Below are positions 10,712-20,102 of a stretch of 64,000 nucleotides of DNA, one piece after another. The translations under genes and the position numbers were made by a program. Source of the stretch: an uncultured Nitrososphaerales archaeon (GTDB lineage Archaea > Thermoproteota > Nitrososphaeria > Nitrososphaerales > Nitrososphaeraceae); NCBI GenBank assembly GCA_963841565.1, contig CAWJCY010000003.1, positions 64,001 through 128,000 on the forward strand, in the 5' to 3' direction. The notes below the pieces were generated by a model. The model saw only the letters and a list, made by a program, of their open reading frames with translations, ran no database searches and had not been told where the DNA came from. Numbering within the stretch: position 1 is the stretch's first letter; each line of letters begins with the position of its first letter.

Positions 10712-12304
10712 ATGGCAGAATCAAAACCATTTAAGACTGACTCTGGTATAGAGGTAAAGAAGATTTATTCTAATTCTGACGTTCCAGCGAATATTGTTAA
10801 CAACCTTGGATCTCCTGGAGAGTTTCCGTACACCCGTGGAATCTACCCTGAAATGTACCGTGGTAGGCTTTGGACCATGAGAATGTATAGTGGCTTTGGT
10901 AGTGCGGAGGAGACAAATAATAGATTCAAATTCTTGCTGGAACATGGGCAGACAGGTCTTTCCCTTGCATTCGATTTGCCCACTCAAACCGGCCGCGATT
11001 CTGATAATTCACAGTCTGAAGGAGAAGTGGGCAGGACGGGAGTTGCCATCAGCTCGTTGAATGATATGATGACTTGTTTCGACTCCATACCCCTGGACAG
11101 AGTTAGCACATCAATGACCATCAATTCAACTGCCTCGACTCTGCTATCTCTGTACATTGTTGTAGCTGAGAAACAGGGCGTTTCACCTGACAAACTCAGG
11201 GGTACTACTCAAAACGATATTCTGAAGGAGTACATATCACGCAATACATACATCTATCCACCCAGACCGTCACTTAGGCTGATCGGTGATATGATTGAAT
11301 ATACTTCAAAGAAAGTACCTCAGTGGTATCCAATCAGCATCTCAGGTTACCATATGAGAGAAGCCGGGTCAAACGCCATACAAGAGCTTGCCTTTACATT
11401 CGCAAACGCAATTGAGTATATAGATACATGTCGGAAACGGGGACTGGATGTTGACTCATTTGCCCCTAGGCTTTCATTTTTCTTCTGCTGTACAATGGAG
11501 TTCTTTGAAGAGATTTCAAAATTTAGGGCTGCTCGCGGAATTTACTCAAAACTAATGAAGGAAAAGTTTGGAGCAAAAGATCCAAAGTCATGCCATTTAA
11601 GATTCCATGTACAAACTAGCGGTGAGTCGCTTACAGCTCAACAAGTAGACAATAACATAGTACGGGTCTCTTTGCAGGCTCTTGCAGCAGTATTGGGAGG
11701 ATGTCAGTCATTGCATACCAATTCGCGTGACGAAGCATTGGCCCTCCCAACTGAGGAATCAGTGAAGGTAGCACTAAGAACTCAGCAGATAATTGCCAAT
11801 GAAACCGGAATTACCAAGACTGTCGACCCTTTAGGTGGATCGTATTATGTTGAGGAACTTACCGCCAAGATCGAGGACGAGGTTCAAGTTTATTTAAAGA
11901 GGATTGAGTCAATGGGCGGCGCCCTTGCTGCCGTGGAGAAAGGATACTTTCAAGAAGAGATTAGGAAAAACGCTTACAGGTTAAAGAAAGAGATTGACCA
12001 AAATGAGCGAATCATTGTTGGTGTAAATAAATTTCAGGAATTAAAAGACCGGGAACCTCAACTCAACTTGATCAATCCTGAAGCAGAGAAAAAGCAGTTG
12101 TTACGGTTGAAGGAATTTAAGGCATCTAGGGACCAAATAAAAGTAGACTCGGTCCTCTCAGAACTCCAAAAGGCTGCAGAAAATGATGGTGTAAACTTGA
12201 TGCCCTTTATCATTGAATCTGTTAAAACCCGGGCCACACTTGGTGAAATTAGCGCTGTTTTTAAGGAGGTGTTTGGAGCCTATCTTCCAAAGATATCATT
12301 TTAG
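10712..12304 (+). CDS. Methylmalonyl-CoA mutase large (catalytic) subunit
   Basis: GEFPYTRG, WTMRMYSGFG, FDLPTQ, QNDILKE, ISGYHMREAG, LHTNS.DEALALP. Confidence 0.97.
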   Translation: MAESKPFKTDSGIEVKKIYSNSDVPANIVNNLGSPGEFPYTRGIYPEMYRGRLWTMRMYSGFGSAEETNNRFKFLLEHGQTGLSLAFDLPTQTGRDSDNSQSEGEVGRTGVAISSLNDMMTCFDSIPLDRVSTSMTINSTASTLLSLYIVVAEKQGVSPDKLRGTTQNDILKEYISRNTYIYPPRPSLRLIGDMIEYTSKKVPQWYPISISGYHMREAGSNAIQELAFTFANAIEYIDTCRKRGLDVDSFAPRLSFFFCCTMEFFEEISKFRAARGIYSKLMKEKFGAKDPKSCHLRFHVQTSGESLTAQQVDNNIVRVSLQALAAVLGGCQSLHTNSRDEALALPTEESVKVALRTQQIIANETGITKTVDPLGGSYYVEELTAKIEDEVQVYLKRIESMGGALAAVEKGYFQEEIRKNAYRLKKEIDQNERIIVGVNKFQELKDREPQLNLINPEAEKKQLLRLKEFKASRDQIKVDSVLSELQKAAENDGVNLMPFIIESVKTRATLGEISAVFKEVFGAYLPKISF

Positions 12305-12592
12305 GGATTCAAGTTAAAAATTTCAGCTCCACAGCGACATTTCCCTTATGTTTAGATGTTTAACGAGTTTGTGGAATGTGTAAATCTAAGTTCTGGAACA
12401 TCGAGGCCCTCCTACCTTTAGAGGATCGTTGGTCTACAAGATGAACAATATTGTACGTCCTCACTCTTTAGAATGCTTCATTGAAGACGAGCAAATGATG
12501 ACCACTTGATTCTTGACCCTTGATAAGATGTGAGCAAACTTTCCTGGATATACAAATTAATAAGAGACAAAATCTTCAAGAGGTAGATACTG

Positions 12593-12994
12593 TTGCGAAT
12601 TGATCACATCGCTATTGTAGTAAAAGATCTTGAACCAGCTCTGGAGAACTTTAGGAATGTTCTTAATATTAACCATATAGATTTGGAAGATGTACCGGCA
12701 GAAAAGGTTAAGGTCGCCATTTTGAAGCTCGAAGATACAAGGATTGAGCTGCTGCAGCCTCTTGACGATAACAGCCCCATCTCAAAATTCCTGATAGAGA
12801 AAGGTGAAGGGATTCACCATCTAGCCATAACGGCTGATGATATTGAAAAGGATGTTGAGCGTGCCTCCTCTAATGGTGCGAAAATCTTAGGTGGGATTCG
12901 CAGTGGTTCTTATGGCAGAAAAATAACCTTCATTCACCCCAAGTCAGTCAACGGGGTGCTCATGGAGATATGCCAAGCTCCTCCAGAAAGCTGA
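12593..12994 (+). CDS. mce: Methylmalonyl-CoA epimerase
   Basis: VOC fold motifs IDHIAIVV, IELLQP, GEGIHHLA, FIHPKSVNGVLME; gene context. Confidence 0.95.
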   Translation: MRIDHIAIVVKDLEPALENFRNVLNINHIDLEDVPAEKVKVAILKLEDTRIELLQPLDDNSPISKFLIEKGEGIHHLAITADDIEKDVERASSNGAKILGGIRSGSYGRKITFIHPKSVNGVLMEICQAPPES

Positions 12995-13006
12995 AAGGGA
13001 GATATA

Positions 13007-13135
13007 TTAGCTCAGGGTAACAATCCAAGCACAGGCTCTACATTCCAGAACAATCAACCCCTCTTGTTTGCCAAGGATTTTGAACTTTTTTGATCCGCAT
13101 TTGACACAGATGGGGCATTGCCTTGCACCTTTCAT
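13007..13135 (-). CDS. 42-aa zinc-ribbon microprotein (not in ORF track)
   Basis: Own translation: MKGARQCPICVKCGSKKFKILGKQEGLIVLECRACAWIVTLS; CxxCG...CxxC; lies downstream of nadM on the same strand. Confidence 0.6.
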   Translation of the reverse strand: MKGARQCPICVKCGSKKFKILGKQEGLIVLECRACAWIVTLS

Positions 13136-13179
13136 ACATCATAGGTCACTGAAGCATTGGACTGGTTGTCAACTTCCAT

Positions 13180-13776
13180 TTAATTGTCTATCTTTAAACC
13201 GGTTGTGGTAGCCAATACACGTTCCTGTTCTAATTGGGACTTTTTCAATTTCTTTAAGCGAGAAACTCCATCAACTTCGTTTATAAACAATGTTACAGGC
13301 GTTGGAACGAGGTCTTGCCAATTGCCATTTCGAACAATTAGATTTCTTATTCGAGTTCCATTGAATATCTTGTACCTTACAAAAGTGGGCGATTTGACTT
13401 TCACATCCTTCGGCAAGAGAAGTTGAACAAACTGATTGCCTGAATACACCGTCTTGACTTTCGGAATAATGGACCTAATATTCTCAAACCAAGTGTAGTT
13501 ATTATTGCTATTCGGTACAGGAAGTACGTAGCAGTTAGACATCCTCAACCCACTTTTTTTAAGGCTCTCGTGCACCATAGTAATTCTCTCTCCTGCAGTA
13601 AAGGGGTCGTTAAAAGAAAAATTAGCTTCTGGACTTCCAATTGCTACAACCAATTCTTCACATTCAGAAAGTATTTGTTCGGCAAGACTTAGATGACCCA
13701 AGTGGAAAGGCTGATATCTTCCTATCATTAGCCCACGATTTGTTTTGTCGGCGAACTCTAATCCCCCACCTTCCAT
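13180..13776 (-). CDS. nadM: Nicotinamide-nucleotide adenylyltransferase
   Basis: GRYQPFHLGH, DPFTAGER, SGN, NGTRIR, WQDLVP. Confidence 0.93.
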   Translation of the reverse strand: MEGGGLEFADKTNRGLMIGRYQPFHLGHLSLAEQILSECEELVVAIGSPEANFSFNDPFTAGERITMVHESLKKSGLRMSNCYVLPVPNSNNNYTWFENIRSIIPKVKTVYSGNQFVQLLLPKDVKVKSPTFVRYKIFNGTRIRNLIVRNGNWQDLVPTPVTLFINEVDGVSRLKKLKKSQLEQERVLATTTGLKIDN

Positions 13777-15407
13777 TTGTCGAGATCTAGTTTACTCTTT
13801 TCAATCTTTTGGAACAATGGTTGAATTTCTCCGATCTTGTGACCTGCCTTCATATCCATTTGTGATGCACTGCTCCATTTCTGGTCGTGCACGTTCCTAG
13901 TAAGACCGAGTTGATCCCAAATCCTTACTGCAGAATCTGGGATAAAGGGGTCCAACAATATAGCCAGCGATTTTACAGCATTTGCAGAAATGTAGAGCGC
14001 GTTTTGAGCCGTTTGTCTGTCCTCCCAAGGTTTCTTTCTCTGAAAATACTTGTTTAGATTAGAACTGAAATCGAGTATCTCTCTCATCGCCTTTTCGATC
14101 TCGTTATTTGAGATAGCAGTACCAACGAGCTCAGCTATCTCTGAGATTCTATTTGCAATTGCGAGATCAACATCATCGTAAGCAGATGGATCTGGAACAA
14201 AACCATCAAATGTTGTCTTGATAAAGGACAGGGTTCGATGGATAAAATTTCCAACGTTCGCGATGAGTTCATTATTTATCCGCTCAATGAATACGTCCCA
14301 ATCGAAGTTTATATCTGTTTGAGAATAGGGAGTTACTCGGGCGAGATAAAACCTTACATAGTCAGACGGAAATAATTGCAAGAAATCCCTCAGTCCTATA
14401 TACCAACCTCTACTCTTTGATATTTTTCGGTTGTTGAGCATTAGATGACCTCTAGTAGGGATATAATCAGGAAGTTTGTACTCATATTCAATTCCCATTC
14501 GTATGGCGGGTAGGAAAAGATAATGATGGTACACAATATCCTTTCCAATGAAATGATAAATCTCCGAATTATTCCATAATTCCTTCCCATTACTATTTCC
14601 TGATTCCTTAAAGAATGAGAGAAAAGTAGAGATATAGCAGATGTGGTTATCAAACCAACCATAGAAAACTTGACCTCTGGCTTCCTTCTTTGGGATCGGC
14701 ACTCCCCAAGACAAGTCTCTAGTTATGTCCCAGTCAATTAATCCCTCATCAATCCATTTCAAAACATAGCTTGTAACGTCGGATTGGAGGTTATGGTTCG
14801 AAGTCAGCCAATCTCTTAACTGTCCTGAGAAAGTTGAAAGTCTAAAAAAATAATGAGTACTTGTTTTTTTAACTGGGACTTTACCACAGATTCTACATCT
14901 TGGTTCCAAAATCTTGTCAGGAACTCTACCACAATTTTCACATAGATCTGAATATTGATTTTCAGATAGGCAAAAAGGGCATTTTCCCACTACGTATCTA
15001 TCAGGCAGAAACTTCTTATCAAACTCACAAAAAAATTGAACAATGTCCTTCTCGTAAATATGCCCATTCGTACAAAGTTTATTGAAAATCTCTTGCGTTA
15101 GCTGAATGTTTTCTTCCGAGCTGGTTTGGGAAAAGTAGTCAAAGGAGATATTCAAAGATCGAAAGTCTTTCAGATCATTATCTCTCCAGGATTTTACATA
15201 TTGTTGTGGTGTAACTGACTCTTTCTCGGCATTTATTAGGATAGGAGTACCAAAGTCATCAGTAGCACAGAAATGATACACCTTCCTTTCCAAGTGCCTC
15301 CAATATCGTGTAAATATATCAGCCGGCAAATAAGTCGACGCTATGTGGCCTAGATGTATTTCTCCATTCGCATACGGTAATGCGCTCGTGATTATCAGAC
15401 TTTTCAT
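13758..15407 (-). CDS. metG: Methionine--tRNA ligase (short form without C-terminal tRNA-binding domain)
   Basis: ALPYANGEIHLGH, zinc knuckles, DWDITRD..WG, KISKS. Confidence 0.97.
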   Translation of the reverse strand: MKSLIITSALPYANGEIHLGHIASTYLPADIFTRYWRHLERKVYHFCATDDFGTPILINAEKESVTPQQYVKSWRDNDLKDFRSLNISFDYFSQTSSEENIQLTQEIFNKLCTNGHIYEKDIVQFFCEFDKKFLPDRYVVGKCPFCLSENQYSDLCENCGRVPDKILEPRCRICGKVPVKKTSTHYFFRLSTFSGQLRDWLTSNHNLQSDVTSYVLKWIDEGLIDWDITRDLSWGVPIPKKEARGQVFYGWFDNHICYISTFLSFFKESGNSNGKELWNNSEIYHFIGKDIVYHHYLFLPAIRMGIEYEYKLPDYIPTRGHLMLNNRKISKSRGWYIGLRDFLQLFPSDYVRFYLARVTPYSQTDINFDWDVFIERINNELIANVGNFIHRTLSFIKTTFDGFVPDPSAYDDVDLAIANRISEIAELVGTAISNNEIEKAMREILDFSSNLNKYFQRKKPWEDRQTAQNALYISANAVKSLAILLDPFIPDSAVRIWDQLGLTRNVHDQKWSSASQMDMKAGHKIGEIQPLFQKIEKSKLDLDKWKVGD

Positions 15408-15505
15408 GAGCTTTTTTGTAACCAGTATTCAAACGTGATTTGGGTCTGGATTTTAAACTTATCCTTGACAAGAGGCTATTAAATTAGCCCTTAAAATTAC
15501 TTATC

Positions 15506-16708
15506 TTAAATTTGCTCCACATTGATGCCAAAAGCGTTCAACGCGTACTCTGAGATCCTACGATCGATGCGCTCCGGAACGTCATACACCCGAGACTCTA
15601 GTGAGCCCATTTTTTTTGCCAAATAAATTATGGACATCAGCTGGTTCGCAAACGATAATGCCATGACTTCAGGCGGATGTCCTTCGGCACCTACTAGATT
15701 GATCACACGACCTGAGGCGAGCAAATAGACACACTTGCCATTAACCGTATACTGCTGAATGTTAGTTCTAATCTCCTTTGGTTTCTGATCCTGGGATTTC
15801 ATGTAGCCAATATCTATTTCAAAATCAAAATGTCCTGCGTTACAAAGGATTACTCCATCCTTCATTCTGTCAATATGTTCCTTCCTAATAATTTTGTAGC
15901 TTCCTGTACAAGTGATGAAGATGTCGCCGTACTTGCATGCAGATGCCAGTGGATGTACTTCGTAACCTTCCATATGCGCTTCTAGAGCCTTGATTGGATC
16001 GATTTCCGTCACTGTAACGATTGCTCCCATTCCACGCAGCCTGGAAGCAACCCCTTTCCCCACCCATCCATAGCCGCACACAATAGCATGTTTGCCAGGA
16101 AGGAAGACCGACGTGGTTCTTAGTAGTCCATCGACAGTGCTCTGCCCTGTACCGTAGCGATTGTCGAATAAATATTTGGTTCGTGCATTATTTATGGCTA
16201 TTATTGGGTACTTAAGTTGCCTCCCAAATTCCAATTCTTTGAGTCTTGTCACACCACTGGTAGTTTCTTCTGTTCCAGCGACAATATTACTATCTGAAGA
16301 CCGGTGTACCATTAAGTGGAGTTCGGCCCCATCATCAGTAACAATTTCAGGCTTAAACTTTATCACCTTCAACATATTGTCCTGATACTGCTCATAGGAT
16401 TCGCATCTAGTTGCGAAGACCCGTATCTTTTGATCTTTAAGAAAGCAAGCAATATCATTCTGAATTGACAACGGATTTGCGGAGCATAATGCCATTTCTG
16501 CTCCCAGTACCTTTAGGGCCATGACCAGCACGGAGGTCTCTTTTGTAATATGGAGACATATTCCTAGTTTTATTCCTTCTAACGGTAACGCTCTAGATGC
16601 AGAAAAGTCCTTAGTTATGCGATCGATAATCCTCATCCTTGACTTTGCCCATTCGTGCGATTTTTGACCATCAGATATTAATCTTGATCTAGAAGACCTA
16701 TCTGTCAA
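15506..16708 (-). CDS. ahcY: Adenosylhomocysteinase
   Basis: LHITKET, TDDGAEL, EETTSG, KYLFDNRYGTGQS, GYGWVGKG, NAGHFD, GHPPEVM. Confidence 0.97.
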   Translation of the reverse strand: MTDRSSRSRLISDGQKSHEWAKSRMRIIDRITKDFSASRALPLEGIKLGICLHITKETSVLVMALKVLGAEMALCSANPLSIQNDIACFLKDQKIRVFATRCESYEQYQDNMLKVIKFKPEIVTDDGAELHLMVHRSSDSNIVAGTEETTSGVTRLKELEFGRQLKYPIIAINNARTKYLFDNRYGTGQSTVDGLLRTTSVFLPGKHAIVCGYGWVGKGVASRLRGMGAIVTVTEIDPIKALEAHMEGYEVHPLASACKYGDIFITCTGSYKIIRKEHIDRMKDGVILCNAGHFDFEIDIGYMKSQDQKPKEIRTNIQQYTVNGKCVYLLASGRVINLVGAEGHPPEVMALSFANQLMSIIYLAKKMGSLESRVYDVPERIDRRISEYALNAFGINVEQI

Positions 16709-16744
16709 TTTATAGTGACTTTGGGAGACAGATTGCTTAATAAA

Positions 16745-17223
16745 TTATCTTAGTGTATTTATTAAATTAAAAGATTCAAGTTCGTATTTGGTGGCATTTG
16801 ATAGTAAATCTATCGATGTTTCGTTAAGCCTTGGGTCACCTGTTTCTACAAAGTCCCGAAACACAGCATAACTCGAACGCTCAGAATTTAAACTTTTAAT
16901 GTAAAGATCGAGAGCTTCTTGGTACTTGTGGGCGGCTTAAAGGAAGAAGCCCTCTCCACCAAAAGATCATACTCAGATAGGAAAGCACTGGTAATCTCGA
17001 CGAGCTTGCGATCGTCATATTGATCTGTTTCCCACTTTTCAATTTCTTTATGATAATTTTCAGTTACACCAGTTGTAGCGTCAACTAATGAATAGTAATT
17101 CTCCAAGAACTGCTTTTCTTCATTAACTTGTGAGTGAGAGAGAGAAGCAAGATAGATCCCAGCAGATGCTAATGCCAATATTATTCCAATTACAATATAG
17201 GTCTTTGCTCGCTTTTTCGACAC
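16745..17223 (-). CDS. Membrane-anchored helical hypothetical protein (apparent frameshift near 16927)
   Basis: N-terminal TM/signal helix; shifted frame continues KYQEALDLYIKSLNSE...YELESFNLINTLR to TAA at 16745. Confidence 0.7.
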
Positions 17224-17364
17224 GCCATTTCGTAAACTAGCGTACTTAACATATCAGAAATAAATGTTCCAATCGCACAATTTCCTTTAGGCACCTGTTA
17301 AGGTTATTCAAGACTCTATTCAAAAAATCGGAGTCGCATGATGTTGCCTCTGACACATACCGAA

Positions 17365-18771
17365 TTAGATCCGAGAATTGTATTTTTCGACTTTCTTCCA
17401 GAATGATCTTCCTGCACGATCCGTTAATTCAACTGAATATTTTTCAAGAAGTGTAGTCCTTATTTCATCTGACTCTCTGTACTTGTGTTCTGCTCTGAGG
17501 TTGTCTCTTCTAACAATCATGGCACTAACTTCTTTAACTTCATCCTCTGAAATATCGACTAATTTTAGACCCAGTAAGTCCATTATTTTGTAGTATGTAT
17601 TGCCAGCTATTGTAGCGAGTTCTTTACTTAACCCATTGGAGAGAGCCATCTTATTAACATAAGTTACAAATTCCAAGAAAATCTTGAGAGCCAAAGACGA
17701 GTTTAAGTCATTCTCTAGCGCCATTTTGAATTTCTCAAGACATTTTCTTGAAAGATCACTCATTATTTCAAGATTGTCAGTATTGTGAGCTCCACTTGCA
17801 AACCTCAACTCCCAACCGCAATTTTCGATAGTATTCCAGCTGCGCCTTATTTCTACTAAAACATCTTCCCTATAATCAAGGGGCTTTGAGTAATGGACCG
17901 AGTAGCAAAATAGTCTGATTACATTTCCACCCCATTTGGCCAGCGCGTTCTCAACAGTTATGATATTCCCTAATGACTTCGACATTTTTTCATTGTTAAT
18001 TGTTACCATTCCGCAATGGAGCCAGAGCTTTGCAAAGCACTGATTTGAATAGGACTCGGATTGAGCGATCTCATTTTCGTGATGCGGAAATATGAGGTCA
18101 TTTCCACCACAATGGATTTCTATGGTACTTCCAAGATATTTCTCCACCATGGCAGAGCATTCTATGTGCCATCCAGGCCTTCCTGTTCCCCATAGACTAG
18201 GATAAAAGGGTCTTGAAGAAGTAAATTTCCATAACGCGAAGTCCAATGGATGCTCTTTGGTATAGTCAACTTCGACCCGCGCCCCAGCTACTAAATCATT
18301 AAGTGGCTTTCTTGAAAGTTTCCCGTATTCAGGATACGAGGTCACTCTAAAATAAATGCCATTGGTTGTTATGTAGGCGTTACCATTTGCTAGTAATTTA
18401 CCTATCATGCTCGTCATTTCAGCAATATTTTCAGTGGCCTTCGGATATTTCTCCGCCTGAACTATATTCAATTTGTCAAAGTCTTTTTGATATTGGAGTA
18501 TGTATTTGTGAGCGATTTCTTCAGCACTCGTCGCTTCCTGCTCTGCCCTTTTAATAATCTTGTCATCAACATCTGTAAAATTCTGCACAAACCTCACTCT
18601 AAAGCCTGAATCCCTTAGAAGTCTGTTAAGCAAATCAATAGCGACTATTGTCCTAGCGTGTCCTATGTGGGATTTATCATAGACGGTAACGCCGCACAGA
18701 TACATTCGAATGACGTTATTCTGACCAGGGATTTGCTCTACGTTTCTTGTAAGCGTGTTATAGAGTCTCAT
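17365..18771 (-). CDS. cysS: Cysteine--tRNA ligase
   Basis: YLCGVTVYD..HIGHAR, NFTDVDDKII, GRPGWHIECS, FPHHENE, KMSKS. Confidence 0.98.
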   Translation of the reverse strand: MRLYNTLTRNVEQIPGQNNVIRMYLCGVTVYDKSHIGHARTIVAIDLLNRLLRDSGFRVRFVQNFTDVDDKIIKRAEQEATSAEEIAHKYILQYQKDFDKLNIVQAEKYPKATENIAEMTSMIGKLLANGNAYITTNGIYFRVTSYPEYGKLSRKPLNDLVAGARVEVDYTKEHPLDFALWKFTSSRPFYPSLWGTGRPGWHIECSAMVEKYLGSTIEIHCGGNDLIFPHHENEIAQSESYSNQCFAKLWLHCGMVTINNEKMSKSLGNIITVENALAKWGGNVIRLFCYSVHYSKPLDYREDVLVEIRRSWNTIENCGWELRFASGAHNTDNLEIMSDLSRKCLEKFKMALENDLNSSLALKIFLEFVTYVNKMALSNGLSKELATIAGNTYYKIMDLLGLKLVDISEDEVKEVSAMIVRRDNLRAEHKYRESDEIRTTLLEKYSVELTDRAGRSFWKKVEKYNSRI

Positions 18772-18792
18772 ATCCGTGAAACTTGCTAGCGA

Positions 18793-19107
18793 CTATTCAT
18801 TCGCTATTTCAAGGTATATTTGATCTTCAATGACCTTAACTTCGTATGTAGTCAATCGAACACCATCAAGATAATCCAACAGCTGCCCAGTTTTGATGTT
18901 GTAATGCCAAAAATGCAATGGACATTCAACTACTTCACCTTCTATCTTTCCGGGGGCAAGGGAGCCATCCTGGTGACGACATATAGCTTCGATCGCGTAA
19001 TACCTTCCATTTGCATAGAAGAGAGCTATGCGAGTTTCTCCGACCTTAACCTCTCTACCAGCATTTTCCTTGATATCCCCTACTTCACCAACTTTCACGA
19101 GAGTCAT
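18793..19107 (-). CDS. Rieske-type [2Fe-2S] ferredoxin
   Basis: CRH...CPLH Rieske ligand pairs. Confidence 0.9.
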   Translation of the reverse strand: MTLVKVGEVGDIKENAGREVKVGETRIALFYANGRYYAIEAICRHQDGSLAPGKIEGEVVECPLHFWHYNIKTGQLLDYLDGVRLTTYEVKVIEDQIYLEIANE

Positions 19108-19215
19108 TATTAAAATATTTCCTTAGTGTTTCTTAGCATGTTTCAAAACATATGAATTTATCTAGTAAATTTAGCGTTCTAAACCATTTCTCGTAATTCA
19201 TTTTGCGATATTGCG

Positions 19216-19422
19216 ATGGTTCGTGAATCTATATATGGACGAAGTAGCCTCTATTCCTTATTGGACATTCAAAGCCGGATTTGTGAGGATACAGGAAGTA
19301 TAAGGACATGTGCTTTGTGTTCCAAAAGCCTGGACCCTACTAAAGTGGTAGCATTGTGCGACGATTGCTTGAAAATTGCTGACTGCTGCGTCGGCCTGGA
19401 GCGAGTCTCCGAAACGGAATAA
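19216..19422 (+). CDS. Small Cys-rich (zinc finger) protein
   Basis: CALCSK...LCDDC..IADCC; true start uncertain. Confidence 0.5.
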   Translation: MVRESIYGRSSLYSLLDIQSRICEDTGSIRTCALCSKSLDPTKVVALCDDCLKIADCCVGLERVSETE

Positions 19423-19426
19423 AGGG

Positions 19427-19981
19427 CTATTCGACTGTTTTAAGAGTATCGGTCACGGTAATGACACCAATAAGCTCGCCTCTCTCACTTACCAAAACAC
19501 ATTTTGAAAATCTTACAAGAGGTATGAGTGCCTTTGCAGGTATTGAAATATCTACTATTGGCGGCGGCGGTTCCATTATAGCTGATACCGTCATGCGTTT
19601 GATGTCTTTCTGCTCTTTTTCGATCATTATTCTCGCGAGAAGGTCTTCACTTACGACCCCTATCAATTTAGAGTCATGAAAAACAGGGAGTTGGCTAATC
19701 GAATGTTTCCTCATCAATTCAATAGCATCATGAAGAGTATCATTTCTCTGAACAAACATCAACGACCGACTGCAAATGTCTCCCGCCTTAATCGATGACT
19801 GCCCCTCTAGCGAATTGAGTACTTCAAATATTTTCCTGGCTGTCTCATAGCTGGGTTTACATCTTCCAGATTCGATCTGATTAATCATTGAAGTACTGAT
19901 TCCAGTATGTGCAGCCAGGTTTCTTTGGGTAAGTCCTAGTCTTATCCTTAACTGCTTTATATACTGCAGGTTTGGAAGCAT
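19427..19981 (-). CDS. XRE-type HTH + CBS-pair transcriptional regulator
   Basis: GLTQRNLA..TGISTSMINQIESG..KPS HTH followed by two CBS repeats (ISQLPV, GVIT..D). Confidence 0.9.
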   Translation of the reverse strand: MLPNLQYIKQLRIRLGLTQRNLAAHTGISTSMINQIESGRCKPSYETARKIFEVLNSLEGQSSIKAGDICSRSLMFVQRNDTLHDAIELMRKHSISQLPVFHDSKLIGVVSEDLLARIMIEKEQKDIKRMTVSAIMEPPPPIVDISIPAKALIPLVRFSKCVLVSERGELIGVITVTDTLKTVE

Positions 19982-20102
19982 AGATTGCTTGCCTTTCTTT
20001 TGTAGCGTTCTCTTATAATCTATGTCAATGGATTAGCCTCCTAAGCGTGCCGGTTTGATAACCTTATATTCCATTCATGTTGATGTGATATGTTTTGGTT
20101 AA

